In this document: piece by piece, positions 45,989-54,979 of the stretch
Layout: every line of letters starts with the position of its first letter
Numbering within the stretch: position 1 is the first letter of the stretch
Assembly: GCA_038063415.1 (NCBI GenBank)
Contig: JBBTVD010000006.1
Span: forward strand, 73,948 to 137,947
Direction of reading: 5' to 3'
Origin: Patescibacteria group bacterium
GTDB lineage: Bacteria; Patescibacteriota; Microgenomatia; Levybacterales; UBA12049
Length of the DNA: 64,000 nt
Made by a program: the position numbers and the translations under genes
Notes under the pieces: generated by a model
Told to the model about the DNA's origin: nothing
What the model saw: the letters and a program-made list of their open reading frames with translations, nothing else
Databases searched by the model: none

Positions 45989-47725
45989 TTATTTGCTATC
46001 CGATATCATTGAGAATAACGCTGACTGAGGAAGGGCAATTTTCCCCGTTTGAATCATTCGCTTCTTTCCTTTTTTTTGTGCTTCAAGAAGTTTGTCTTTT
46101 CGGGTGCGGTCTCCGCCGCTCATTTTGGCCAAAACATCTTTACGGAAAGGAGGAATTTCTTCTCGAGCAACGATATTATTATTGATTGTTCCCTGAATGA
46201 TCTGCCGGAATTGTTGTCGATCAAGGGATTCTTTTAATTTTGCTACTTTCTCTCGTGCAACATAGTTTGCTTCATCTTTGTAGACGAGTTCAGTAAGCAC
46301 ATCAATCGGGTTACCATTAATCAGGATATCAAGCTGTACTAGGTCTGCCTGCTTGTACTCGATAAGTTCATAATCAATACTTCCAAATCCAGCTGTCACT
46401 GATTTAATATCTCCAGCAAGACCTCGGATAAACATTGAGTAGGGCATTTCGTAGGAAAGTACAGCATAAGCTTCATGATACTGCATATCAAGAAGGCTTC
46501 CTTTCTTCTTTTGACAGACATTCATGACATTGCCTACGTATTCTGCCGGGGCATAGACATTCAGCAGCATATATGGCTCTGAAATTTGCCCATCAGGATG
46601 TTTTTCGTAAAGCACTTGTGGCATTGTCAGAAGTAAATCAAGTCCAAACTCTTGATGCAGACGTTCTTTGACAATATCGGCATGCAAAAGTCCCAGAAAT
46701 CCAACCCGAAAACCACTACCAAGATATGCTGAATATTCTTCACTATATGTTAAGGCAGTATCATTAAGCGTAAGCTTGCCAAGCGAATCCCGCAGATGAG
46801 CAAAATCATGAGCGTCGATCGGATACATCCCAAAGAAAACCATCGGCTGAGGCGTGGTGTATCCAGGCAATGGCGCACCTCGTCTGCCTTCAAGCATAAT
46901 CGTATCTCCCACACGACATTGACGGATATCCTTAATGCCTCCTACCAGATAGCCAATTTCACCAGTTTCTAACCCATCGATTTCTTTAAGAAAAGGCGTA
47001 AACATCCCGACTTCCGTCACTTCCGTTGTCATACTATTTTGGTAGAATTCGATTCTCTCCCCCTTCTTGATACTTCCATCAATAATTCTGATATAGGCAA
47101 TTACCCCCCGATACTCGTCATAAACAGCGTCAAAAATCATTGCACGAAGTGGCTTATCACTTTCTCCAGATGGAGGAGGGATTTTGGCAACAACGAGTTG
47201 TAATAACTCTTCAACATTCTCACCTGTCTTGGCAGAAATAAAGAGAATTTCTTCAGGAGAGAAACCAAATGTATCAACAAGTTCTTTTACTACTACTTCC
47301 GTCTGAGCATTTGGGAGATCAATTTTATTGAGAACTGGGATCATAACCAAGCCTTCTTTTTTGGCTACCTGATAATGTGCCACCGTCTGCGCCTGAATAC
47401 CTTGTGTTGCGTCAACAAGGAGCACTGCTCCTTCGCAAGCTGCCAACGTACGGGAAACTTCATAGGAGAAATCAACATGTCCGGGAGTATCAATAAGATT
47501 TAGAGAATACGTAATATCGTTTACTTTGTAACTCATGCGTACTGGCGCAAGCTTGATCGTAATCCCCCGTTGACGGCTGATGACATTTTGGTCCAGGAAT
47601 TGCTCCTGGAGCTTATCCTTGGCAATGGTATGAGTTATCTCAAGCATACGATCAGAGAGTGTCGATTTCCCATGATCGATGTGCGCGATAATGGCAAAAT
47701 TTCGGATTAAATGTTGTTGTTGCAT
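45989..47725 (-). CDS. lepA: Translation elongation factor 4 (LepA)
   Basis: 578 aa with NFAIIAHIDHGKSTL, DTPGHVDF and NKID GTPase motifs and the LepA-specific C-terminal domain. Confidence 0.95.
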   Translation of the reverse strand: MQQQHLIRNFAIIAHIDHGKSTLSDRMLEITHTIAKDKLQEQFLDQNVISRQRGITIKLAPVRMSYKVNDITYSLNLIDTPGHVDFSYEVSRTLAACEGAVLLVDATQGIQAQTVAHYQVAKKEGLVMIPVLNKIDLPNAQTEVVVKELVDTFGFSPEEILFISAKTGENVEELLQLVVAKIPPPSGESDKPLRAMIFDAVYDEYRGVIAYIRIIDGSIKKGERIEFYQNSMTTEVTEVGMFTPFLKEIDGLETGEIGYLVGGIKDIRQCRVGDTIMLEGRRGAPLPGYTTPQPMVFFGMYPIDAHDFAHLRDSLGKLTLNDTALTYSEEYSAYLGSGFRVGFLGLLHADIVKERLHQEFGLDLLLTMPQVLYEKHPDGQISEPYMLLNVYAPAEYVGNVMNVCQKKKGSLLDMQYHEAYAVLSYEMPYSMFIRGLAGDIKSVTAGFGSIDYELIEYKQADLVQLDILINGNPIDVLTELVYKDEANYVAREKVAKLKESLDRQQFRQIIQGTINNNIVAREEIPPFRKDVLAKMSGGDRTRKDKLLEAQKKGKKRMIQTGKIALPQSALFSMISDSK

Positions 47726-47793
47726 GGTGCCTATTGTACCTTATTTCATTTGCCTATGCAAAAAAGACGTGTTAGAATAACAAGACAGCGCGT

Positions 47794-48483
47794 ATGAACA
47801 AGGTTTCGTTGATTATTTGCATTGCGGTGGTAATTCTCTTTGGAGCGATCCTCTACTTAAGCCAAGCAAATAGCTCGTCTCAATCAGCCAAACAAGTTCC
47901 GACTCTGCCGCCTGAAGCAAACTTTTTTATGGCAACAAGATCCGCACAACAACAAACGCAAACCCAACAGCAACCACAGCAGCAGCAACAACAAGTCCAA
48001 GGACAACAAACGCAAACTGACCCAAATGCTCCTGTCTTTGGGGTTGAAGAAGGGGTGAAGGCCTCATATTCTGCGGTAATTAAAACAAGTAAAGGCTCTA
48101 TTACTGTCACGCTCTTTGGTGATCAAGCACCACGAACTGTCAAAAACTTTATTCAGAAAGCAGAGGCCAATTTTTATAAAAATCTGACCTTTCATCGGGT
48201 TGAAGACTGGGTACTGCAAGGTGGAGACCCCAAAGGCAATGGAACAGGCGGTGGGATGATCCAGACAGAACTCAATCAGGTTCCTTTCACGACGGGATCA
48301 CTGGGGGTCGCTCGTAGTAGTGATATCCGGGTATCCAATGACGCGCAATTCTTCTTTACTAAAACTGATGCCCCTTGGCTTAATCAGCAATATACGAATT
48401 TTGGCATGGTGACTGAAGGCATGGATGTAGTGAATGCAATGAAACAGGGAGATAAAATACTCGGAATAACGGTGAGTGAATAA
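47794..48483 (+). CDS. Membrane-anchored cyclophilin-type peptidyl-prolyl isomerase with a poly-Gln linker
   Basis: N-terminal TM helix, a Q-rich linker encoded by a CAA/CAG simple repeat at 47945-48015, and a cyclophilin core (FHRVEDWVLQGGDPKGNGTGG). Confidence 0.8.
   Translation: MNKVSLIICIAVVILFGAILYLSQANSSSQSAKQVPTLPPEANFFMATRSAQQQTQTQQQPQQQQQQVQGQQTQTDPNAPVFGVEEGVKASYSAVIKTSKGSITVTLFGDQAPRTVKNFIQKAEANFYKNLTFHRVEDWVLQGGDPKGNGTGGGMIQTELNQVPFTTGSLGVARSSDIRVSNDAQFFFTKTDAPWLNQQYTNFGMVTEGMDVVNAMKQGDKILGITVSE
47945..48015 (+). repeat. CAA/CAG trinucleotide simple repeat encoding a poly-Gln linker
   Basis: caacaacaaacgcaaacccaacagcaaccacagcagcagcaacaacaa... lies inside the cyclophilin gene. 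Confidence 0.6.
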
Positions 48484-48639
48484 TCTTTATTGGCTAGTAT
48501 AACAACAACATTATGAGCAGATTAGTTGAGGGGCTTAGAGGGCTGAAGGAAACACTACTCGTGGGGGGGCAAAATCGCTACTAGTACGAATTATGACAGA
48601 GATGTCCCACCAGAGGCTTATGATGCCAACGTAAGAAAG

Positions 48640-49206
48640 ATGAAAAGAGAAGCCTTAGCAACAGAAGTAGCCACTGTGGTAGAGAGTTATATCCCACATG
48701 TACGCGGAGATGAAGCTGATTACCATGTTTTGGATATAGCCGCAGGAACTGGTATCGTTTCTCAAGCATTAGCAGGAGAAGGGTTTAACGTTACTGCAAC
48801 AGATGTTAGCACTAAAGCGTTAGGGGCTTTACGCCAACAATCACCAACTATTGCCACAGAACAAGCAGATATGAACCAGGGATTACCATTTGCCGACAGT
48901 TCATTCGATGGTGCTACTTCTGTTTGGGCAAATCGCTTTATAGCGGATACTCCTTTTTTCTTAGAGGAAGTACATCGTGTTTTAAAAGAAGGAGGCGTAT
49001 TTATTTGGCCAATATTTCCAACTGAAATCCCCTTCTGGAAAAAGGAACAAGGACTGAGACAACCAACAAGACCAGGAAAGCTATCTGAACTTGCTCAAGA
49101 AGCAGGATTTTCTGGAATAAAGACTGTACGAAGAGCTGACATAGATGACACTGCTGGAAAACTTCCTTTTCATAGTAGAGCAAATTATCTGATCCTAACA
49201 AAATAA
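48640..49206 (+). CDS. Class I SAM-dependent methyltransferase
   Basis: Motif I VLDIAAGTGIV and motif II NVTATDVS are present. 188 aa. Confidence 0.7.
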   Translation: MKREALATEVATVVESYIPHVRGDEADYHVLDIAAGTGIVSQALAGEGFNVTATDVSTKALGALRQQSPTIATEQADMNQGLPFADSSFDGATSVWANRFIADTPFFLEEVHRVLKEGGVFIWPIFPTEIPFWKKEQGLRQPTRPGKLSELAQEAGFSGIKTVRRADIDDTAGKLPFHSRANYLILTK

Positions 49207-49267
49207 AAAAGGGCTTTACCACCTAAAATTGGAGAATGCGCGGTTGGCTTCTGCTTGACGAACCCTC

Positions 49268-49924
49268 TTACATCACTTCTTTTCTCCCCACTTCTTTTGC
49301 TTTCTCTCTAAAAAAACTCTTAAGCTCTTCCAATGACAGTGGCTTAATCATCTTGGGTAGATAGACAAAGTCCTCTACCTTCAAAAAATCTGCTGACAAA
49401 AGAAATGGCTCAAGCTTTACTTTAAATTTTATTCGTACTCCTTCAATTAAATCCCATATACTGAATTTCTGTAAAAGAAAATACAGATCAACAAAATCCT
49501 TCACTTCATCTCGCTGTGTAATGGTCAATAATTTATTTACTGCAATATCGGTAAGGCTATCAACTTTTACTCCATCGAGAAGTTGTCCTTTCTCTAATCG
49601 AGTATAAGGATAATAAGCAAAATCAACTTTGAGTTCGTTCTTATTGGAAAATACCAGTTGATAGATATACATTACTTCAACAAACTGTGATTGAAACTGA
49701 AACTGCTGTTTGTTGCTCCACTCAGTCATGAGGGTAAAGAGTATCTGATTATCAAATTTCTTCTCGCTAAAAAGATCAATATCATCTGATTCTCGATGAT
49801 GCAGATAAACCGCGCTTAACGCAGTACCTCCGGTGAAATAAAAGTTTTCTTTACAAAAAGCGTTTTCTTTTACTTCATCCAGAATGATTTGTTGTTCTTT
49901 GGTGAGGTCTGGTATTTCCCCCAT
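49268..49924 (-). CDS. AbiEii/AbiGii-family nucleotidyltransferase toxin (DUF1814)
   Basis: 218 aa with N-terminal FYFTGGTALSAVYLHHRESDDIDLF, matching the GGTAL...R.S.DIDLF signature of AbiEii toxins. Confidence 0.6.
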   Translation of the reverse strand: MGEIPDLTKEQQIILDEVKENAFCKENFYFTGGTALSAVYLHHRESDDIDLFSEKKFDNQILFTLMTEWSNKQQFQFQSQFVEVMYIYQLVFSNKNELKVDFAYYPYTRLEKGQLLDGVKVDSLTDIAVNKLLTITQRDEVKDFVDLYFLLQKFSIWDLIEGVRIKFKVKLEPFLLSADFLKVEDFVYLPKMIKPLSLEELKSFFREKAKEVGRKEVM

Positions 49925-50109
49925 AATAACAGTTCAAGCAACCTTTTCTGTAAGGTAAAAAGGTGCAAACGATGCCAATATTTTTTTACCTCAGCAAGCT
50001 TTATCTTGCTTTTTCCTGGACCGTAATTAATCTGCCGCTCCAGTACATGTATTCTCCCTTGCTCTGTCTTCTCCAGTTCTTTCTTATCATAATCCCACAG
50101 CGAACTCAT
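49870..50109 (-). CDS. Small ORF upstream of the AbiEii gene, a possible cognate antitoxin/partner
   Basis: 79 aa from the ATG at 50109 (the ORF-track start at 50124 is a GTG). It overlaps the toxin start by 55 nt in another frame. A TATAAT box lies 7 nt upstream. No recognisable HTH, so this is weakly supported. Confidence 0.2.
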   Translation of the reverse strand: MSSLWDYDKKELEKTEQGRIHVLERQINYGPGKSKIKLAEVKKYWHRLHLFTLQKRLLELLLWGKYQTSPKNNKSFWMK

Positions 50110-50162
50110 AAGGTTATTATACACTATACGCTAATAGAAAAGTATGCAAATTGGAGTTTAGT

Positions 50163-50636
50163 TTACCACCTAAAATTGGAGAATGCACGGTTGGCTTCTG
50201 CTTGTCGCATAGCAAGATCTCGCTTACGAACTGCTTCACCAAGGTTTTGTGCTGCTTCAGTAAGTTCTACAGCAAGTTTCTCAGCAAACGTATGATACTC
50301 TTTGTTTGAGCGCTTGCGTGCGGCTTCAATAATCCAACGAAGAGCAAGAGCTGTACGACGCTCATGTTTAACTTCAACGGGAACCTGGTAGTTAGCTCCT
50401 CCGATACGGCGAGCTTTTACCTCAACCTTTGGTCCGACATTTTGCATTGCCTTCTCAAAGAGCTTGACTGGATCCTCACCTTTGTCAGCAATAATTTGCA
50501 TCGCACCATAGACCTGTGCTTGTGCAACAGTCTTTTTACCATCGTGCATGATGTAATTAATCAGCTTTGCGATAAAAATACTATTGTACATAGTATCTGG
50601 AGCTATTTTTCGTTTTTGGATTTTTGCGTGTCTCAT
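50163..50636 (-). CDS. rpsG: 30S ribosomal protein S7
   Basis: 157 aa beginning MRHAKIQKRKIAPD and ending RAFSNFRW. Confidence 0.95.
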   Translation of the reverse strand: MRHAKIQKRKIAPDTMYNSIFIAKLINYIMHDGKKTVAQAQVYGAMQIIADKGEDPVKLFEKAMQNVGPKVEVKARRIGGANYQVPVEVKHERRTALALRWIIEAARKRSNKEYHTFAEKLAVELTEAAQNLGEAVRKRDLAMRQAEANRAFSNFRW

Positions 50637-50642
50637 AGGTTA

Positions 50643-51062
50643 TTATTTTGCTGCCTTTGGCATCTTGGTTCCATAAATACTTCGTGAAGTCTTTCGACCA
50701 TCAACACCTTGTAAATCAAACTTACCCCGAACTGCATGATACTTCACACCTGGCAAGTCACGAACACGACCACCACGGATAAGAACGATACCGTGCTCAG
50801 AAAGGGTGTGACCAACACCTTGAATATAGGCGGTGACTTCCATTTTGTTGGAAAGTTTCACACGAGCAACTTTACGAAGCGCTGAGTTCGGTTTCTTAGG
50901 AGTCATGGTTTTGACAAGGGTAACCACTCCCCGCTTCTGTGGAGAATCAAAATCAGTGTACTGACGATCTTTGGCATTAAAAATACTCTTTAAAGCCGTT
51001 GAGCGGGTCTTTTTGATTCTCTTTGATCTTCCTCTTTTTGCTAATTGTGATAATGTTGGCAT
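50643..51062 (-). CDS. rpsL: 30S ribosomal protein S12
   Basis: 139 aa beginning [12 protein letters not shown], with [18 protein letters not shown]. Confidence 0.95.
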   Translation of the reverse strand: MPTLSQLAKRGRSKRIKKTRSTALKSIFNAKDRQYTDFDSPQKRGVVTLVKTMTPKKPNSALRKVARVKLSNKMEVTAYIQGVGHTLSEHGIVLIRGGRVRDLPGVKYHAVRGKFDLQGVDGRKTSRSIYGTKMPKAAK

Positions 51063-51085
51063 ATATTTTTCACCTTGTGCTTGGT

Positions 51086-51094
51086 ATTATAGCA
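51086..51094 (-). promoter_or_regulatory. Extended -10 element (TGcTATAAT) upstream of rpsL
   Basis: On the minus strand, aatgTGcTATAAT lies 29 nt upstream of the rpsL ATG with an AAGGTGA RBS between them. The -35 element is weak. Confidence 0.3.
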
Positions 51095-51189
51095 CATTTT
51101 CCAAACGAAGTAGAAAGTAGATGTATAAAATATTAGGTACCTTCAGTATAACTAATACTTACTCCTGAATACTTTATACTTAGTTCGGA

Positions 51190-54100
51190 CTAGGCAGCAA
51201 CAACTGCTTCAGCTGCACGTGTTTCTTCTTGACCTTCTTCAACAAATTCACCAGTCATTCCAGCAACTGGAATAAGTCGTCCGATAATAACATTTTCTTT
51301 GAGACCGATCAGTTTATCTTCACGTGCTTCAAGCGCTGCTTCGGTTAAGACTTTGGTTGTTTCCTGGAAGGATGCTGCTGACAACCAAGAGTCTGAGAAC
51401 AGAGCTGCTTTGGTAATACCAAGGACTACTTGTCGGCCAGTTGCTGGCTCTCCACCTTCAGCGAGCACCTCGCCATTCATCTCTTCAAATCGAGCTTTGG
51501 TTACAAAATCTCCTGGGATAAGTGAGGTGTCACCAACACTCTCAACGATAACCTTGTCAGACATCTTTCGAGTAATAACTTCAAAATGCTTATCATTAAT
51601 ACCAATACCCTGTGATTCATATACTCTCTGTACTTCAGTGATCAGATAGCGCTGTGCCATTGGGATACCACCGACTTTGAGTACTTCCTTTGGATCAAGA
51701 TCACCTTCTGCAAGTGGTGTTCCAGCGATCACTTCATCACCATCAGCAACGGTCAGGGTCATAGACAGTGGGACAAAGTATTCCTGTGTATCAATTGGTT
51801 TGATTCGAGTGTTTTTGATTTGTACATGGTGACCATCCTCGTTTGTTTCAACGGTTACTTTACCAGTAATTTCAGCAATTGGTGTCAAATTCTTTGGTGT
51901 ACGCATTTCAAAGAGTTCCTCAACACGTGGAAGACCTTGGGTCACGTCAGACATAACGATACCTCCATAGTGCTTCACCTTCATGGTCAGCTGTGTTCCT
52001 GGTTCACCAATACTTTGCGCAGCCATAACACCGACTGGAACACCTTTACCGATTAATTGCTTGGTTGAGAAGTCCCATCCATAACAGGCGGCACACAGTC
52101 CGTAAGAAAGCTTACAGGTAAGTGCTGATCGTACCACTGCTTCCTCAACTTCATGTTCGTCAAAGAGTTTTGCTTCTTCTTCACTGATTTCAGTTCCAGC
52201 CTTCAAGATAACTTTCTTGGTTTTCTTTGAAACAACATCTGCTCCAAGCACACGACCAAGAACTCTTTCTGACAAAGCCGCAGTTCTGTTCTTTTCGGTA
52301 TGATACATGGTTATGCCATCGGTTGTACCACAATCATCTTCCCGGATAATCACTTCATGAGCCACATCAACCAAACGTCGAGTTAAGTATCCTGCGTTTG
52401 CTGTTTTCAAAGCTGAATCGGTCAAACCTTTTCGTGAACCACGGGCTGATGACACGTATTCAAAGATTGAAAGACCTTCACGGAAGTTAGATTTAATTGG
52501 TAACTCAACGATCTTTCCGGTTGGATCAACGATAAGACCACGGATAGCTGAAAGCTGTTTGAGCTGTTCGAGACCTGCACGAGAACCTCCAGAATCAATA
52601 CTGATTTTGATAGGATTGTGCTTTTCAAGAGCCTTCCAGGTAAGATCACCAACAACATCCGTTACTTTCATCCAAACTTCATTTGAAAGTCTTTTCTTTT
52701 CGTTAATGGTAATCAAACCATTCTGATAGTCACTGTCGATCTTGGCAACCTTTACTTCGGCTTCAGCAACATATTTTTGTTTCTCAGGGATAATGTCGTT
52801 GTCAAAAGCAGCGACACTCACACCAGAAATGGTTGCACCCTTAAATCCAAGATTCTTAATGCGGTCAATAAGAGCTGCAACTTCATCAGATGAGTACATC
52901 TTCATAGCCCGCATAATAAGCTTTTTGATACCACCCGCATTGACACTCTCGTTAATAAAGCCATATGATTCAGGAAGGAGTTCATTGAATTTCAATCGAC
53001 CAGCACTTGTTTCAACAAGCTTTGCCTCTTTATCACCATAGGCTGTCAGGCGAACCTGGATTGTTTCTTGCAGTTGAATCTTACCAAGGTCATAGGCAAG
53101 GAGTGCTGCGTTTTTGTTTTCAAAGTATGCTTGTTCTTCTGCTGGCTTAACCAATCTCTCATCAAGTGATGTCAAGAAGAATGAACCAAGTGCCATTTCT
53201 TTGTTTGGCAAGGTGATTGGATCTCCGTTTGCAGGTTTGAGCAAGTTATGGTTAGGCATCATAAGCGCAATTGCTTCTTCTTGTGCTTTCTTAGAAAGTG
53301 GAATATGCACAGCCATTTGATCACCGTCAAAGTCAGCGTTATAACCGGCACAGACACAAGGGTGAAGCTGAATCGCAGCACCTTCAATAAGGACTGGATA
53401 GAATGCCTGAATACCAAGTTTATGAAGCGTAGGAGCACGGTTTAGAAGAACCGGATGATTCTTGGTAATTTCTTCAAGGATATCAAAAACCTCTGGTGGA
53501 CGCTTCTCGATATATCGTTTTGCTGACTTAATATTGGTAGCAAGGCCACGAACGATTACTTCACGAAGAATAAACGGCTTAAACATTTCAAGTGCCATTT
53601 CTTTTGGTAATCCACACTGGTTCAGTTCAAGATCAGGTCCAACAACGATAACAGAACGACCGGAGTAATCAACACGTTTTCCAAGCAAATTCTGTCGGAA
53701 TCGACCTTGTTTTCCACGAAGCATGTCTGAGAGAGATCGAAGCTGTGCCGCACTTTGACTTGTTCGCTGTGATGAATCAATAAGTGCGTCGACTGATTCC
53801 TGGAGCATTCTCTTCTCGTTTCGAAGAATGATTTCAGGTGCACCAAGTGCAAGCAAATGCTTCAAACGATTGTTTCGGTTAATCACACGGCGATACAAAT
53901 CGTTCAAATCTGACGTTGCAAATCGTCCTCCTGAAAGCTGAACCATCGGACGAAGATCTGGTGGAATAACAGGAAGTACGGTCATAATCATCGCAGATGG
54001 TGATACTCCTGCTTTGCGCATGAATTCGATCAATCGAAGTCTTTTCACAATCTTTAAGTAGCGCTGTCCAGTTGCTTTTTCTGATTCGGTACGAAGATCA

Positions 54101-54978
54101 GCAATTAATGCTGAAAGGTCTAAGTTATTTACAACTTCTGCAAGTGCTTCAGAACCAGTCTTAATAGTAAAGAAGATTGGGGTATCGTATTCAAGCAGTT
54201 TGAAGTACTCATCTTCTGATAACACACTACCAACGCGAAGACTCTTCAAAAGTTTGGTGAACGTATCTGAAATTTCATCAAGTTTCTTCATTTCTGAAGT
54301 AAGGGTTTCACCTGTATGGACAAGTTTCTGGCGAAGAGCAATATCTACTTCTTCAGCAATCATTTGCTTTTGTTCGCTTGGGAATTTACTGCCTGTTACT
54401 TCTTTCTTTTTCTCTTCTGCTTCAGTCGTCAGTTTTGTTTCTTCATCTTTGATTCGCTGCTCAAGTGCATCTTTTCGCTTTGCAAAAGTGTCAGCAAAGG
54501 CATCAAGTGCTTCTTTTTTCTTTTCTTCATCAACGGTTGTAATGAAGTAAGATGCATAGTAGATAATAGATTCAAGACTCTTTTGTGGGACATCCAATAA
54601 GAGTGAGAGTGCACTTGAAGCACCTTTGAAATACCATACATGTGAGACAGGAGCTGCAAGCGTGATGTGACCCAATCGCTCACGTCGAACACGAGAAAGA
54701 GTTACTTCAACGCCACATTTGTCACAAACAATACCACGATAACGGATTCTCTTGTACTTTCCACAATAGCATTCCCAATCTTTGGTAGGACCAAAAATTC
54801 TTTCATCAAAAAGACCATCTTTTTCTGGACGAAGCGTACGATAGTTAATCGTTTCTGGCTTGGTTACTTCTCCATATGACCATTGCATGATGTCATCGTT
54901 GGTTGCAAGAAGTAATTTCAATGACTTGAAGTCAGAAATATTAAGATCTTTTAAGATGTTTTTCCCTTTGTTATTCAT
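51190..54978 (-). CDS. rpoC: DNA-directed RNA polymerase subunit beta'
   Basis: 1262 aa with zinc-binding CxxC motifs and the NADFDGDQM catalytic motif. Confidence 0.97.
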   Translation of the reverse strand: MNNKGKNILKDLNISDFKSLKLLLATNDDIMQWSYGEVTKPETINYRTLRPEKDGLFDERIFGPTKDWECYCGKYKRIRYRGIVCDKCGVEVTLSRVRRERLGHITLAAPVSHVWYFKGASSALSLLLDVPQKSLESIIYYASYFITTVDEEKKKEALDAFADTFAKRKDALEQRIKDEETKLTTEAEEKKKEVTGSKFPSEQKQMIAEEVDIALRQKLVHTGETLTSEMKKLDEISDTFTKLLKSLRVGSVLSEDEYFKLLEYDTPIFFTIKTGSEALAEVVNNLDLSALIADLRTESEKATGQRYLKIVKRLRLIEFMRKAGVSPSAMIMTVLPVIPPDLRPMVQLSGGRFATSDLNDLYRRVINRNNRLKHLLALGAPEIILRNEKRMLQESVDALIDSSQRTSQSAAQLRSLSDMLRGKQGRFRQNLLGKRVDYSGRSVIVVGPDLELNQCGLPKEMALEMFKPFILREVIVRGLATNIKSAKRYIEKRPPEVFDILEEITKNHPVLLNRAPTLHKLGIQAFYPVLIEGAAIQLHPCVCAGYNADFDGDQMAVHIPLSKKAQEEAIALMMPNHNLLKPANGDPITLPNKEMALGSFFLTSLDERLVKPAEEQAYFENKNAALLAYDLGKIQLQETIQVRLTAYGDKEAKLVETSAGRLKFNELLPESYGFINESVNAGGIKKLIMRAMKMYSSDEVAALIDRIKNLGFKGATISGVSVAAFDNDIIPEKQKYVAEAEVKVAKIDSDYQNGLITINEKKRLSNEVWMKVTDVVGDLTWKALEKHNPIKISIDSGGSRAGLEQLKQLSAIRGLIVDPTGKIVELPIKSNFREGLSIFEYVSSARGSRKGLTDSALKTANAGYLTRRLVDVAHEVIIREDDCGTTDGITMYHTEKNRTAALSERVLGRVLGADVVSKKTKKVILKAGTEISEEEAKLFDEHEVEEAVVRSALTCKLSYGLCAACYGWDFSTKQLIGKGVPVGVMAAQSIGEPGTQLTMKVKHYGGIVMSDVTQGLPRVEELFEMRTPKNLTPIAEITGKVTVETNEDGHHVQIKNTRIKPIDTQEYFVPLSMTLTVADGDEVIAGTPLAEGDLDPKEVLKVGGIPMAQRYLITEVQRVYESQGIGINDKHFEVITRKMSDKVIVESVGDTSLIPGDFVTKARFEEMNGEVLAEGGEPATGRQVVLGITKAALFSDSWLSAASFQETTKVLTEAALEAREDKLIGLKENVIIGRLIPVAGMTGEFVEEGQEETRAAEAVVAA

Positions 54979-54979
54979 A

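Larger units (their letters stand above)
49215..50204 (-). mobile_element. ~0.95-kb inserted toxin cassette bounded by 43-bp direct repeats that each encode the rpsG C-terminus (QAEANRAFSNFRW-stop)
   Basis: The repeats at 49215-49257 and 50162-50204 are 42/43 identical, and the single difference is a synonymous CGC/CGT codon. The intervening DNA carries an AbiEii-family gene and a small ORF. No integrase is present. Confidence 0.45.
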
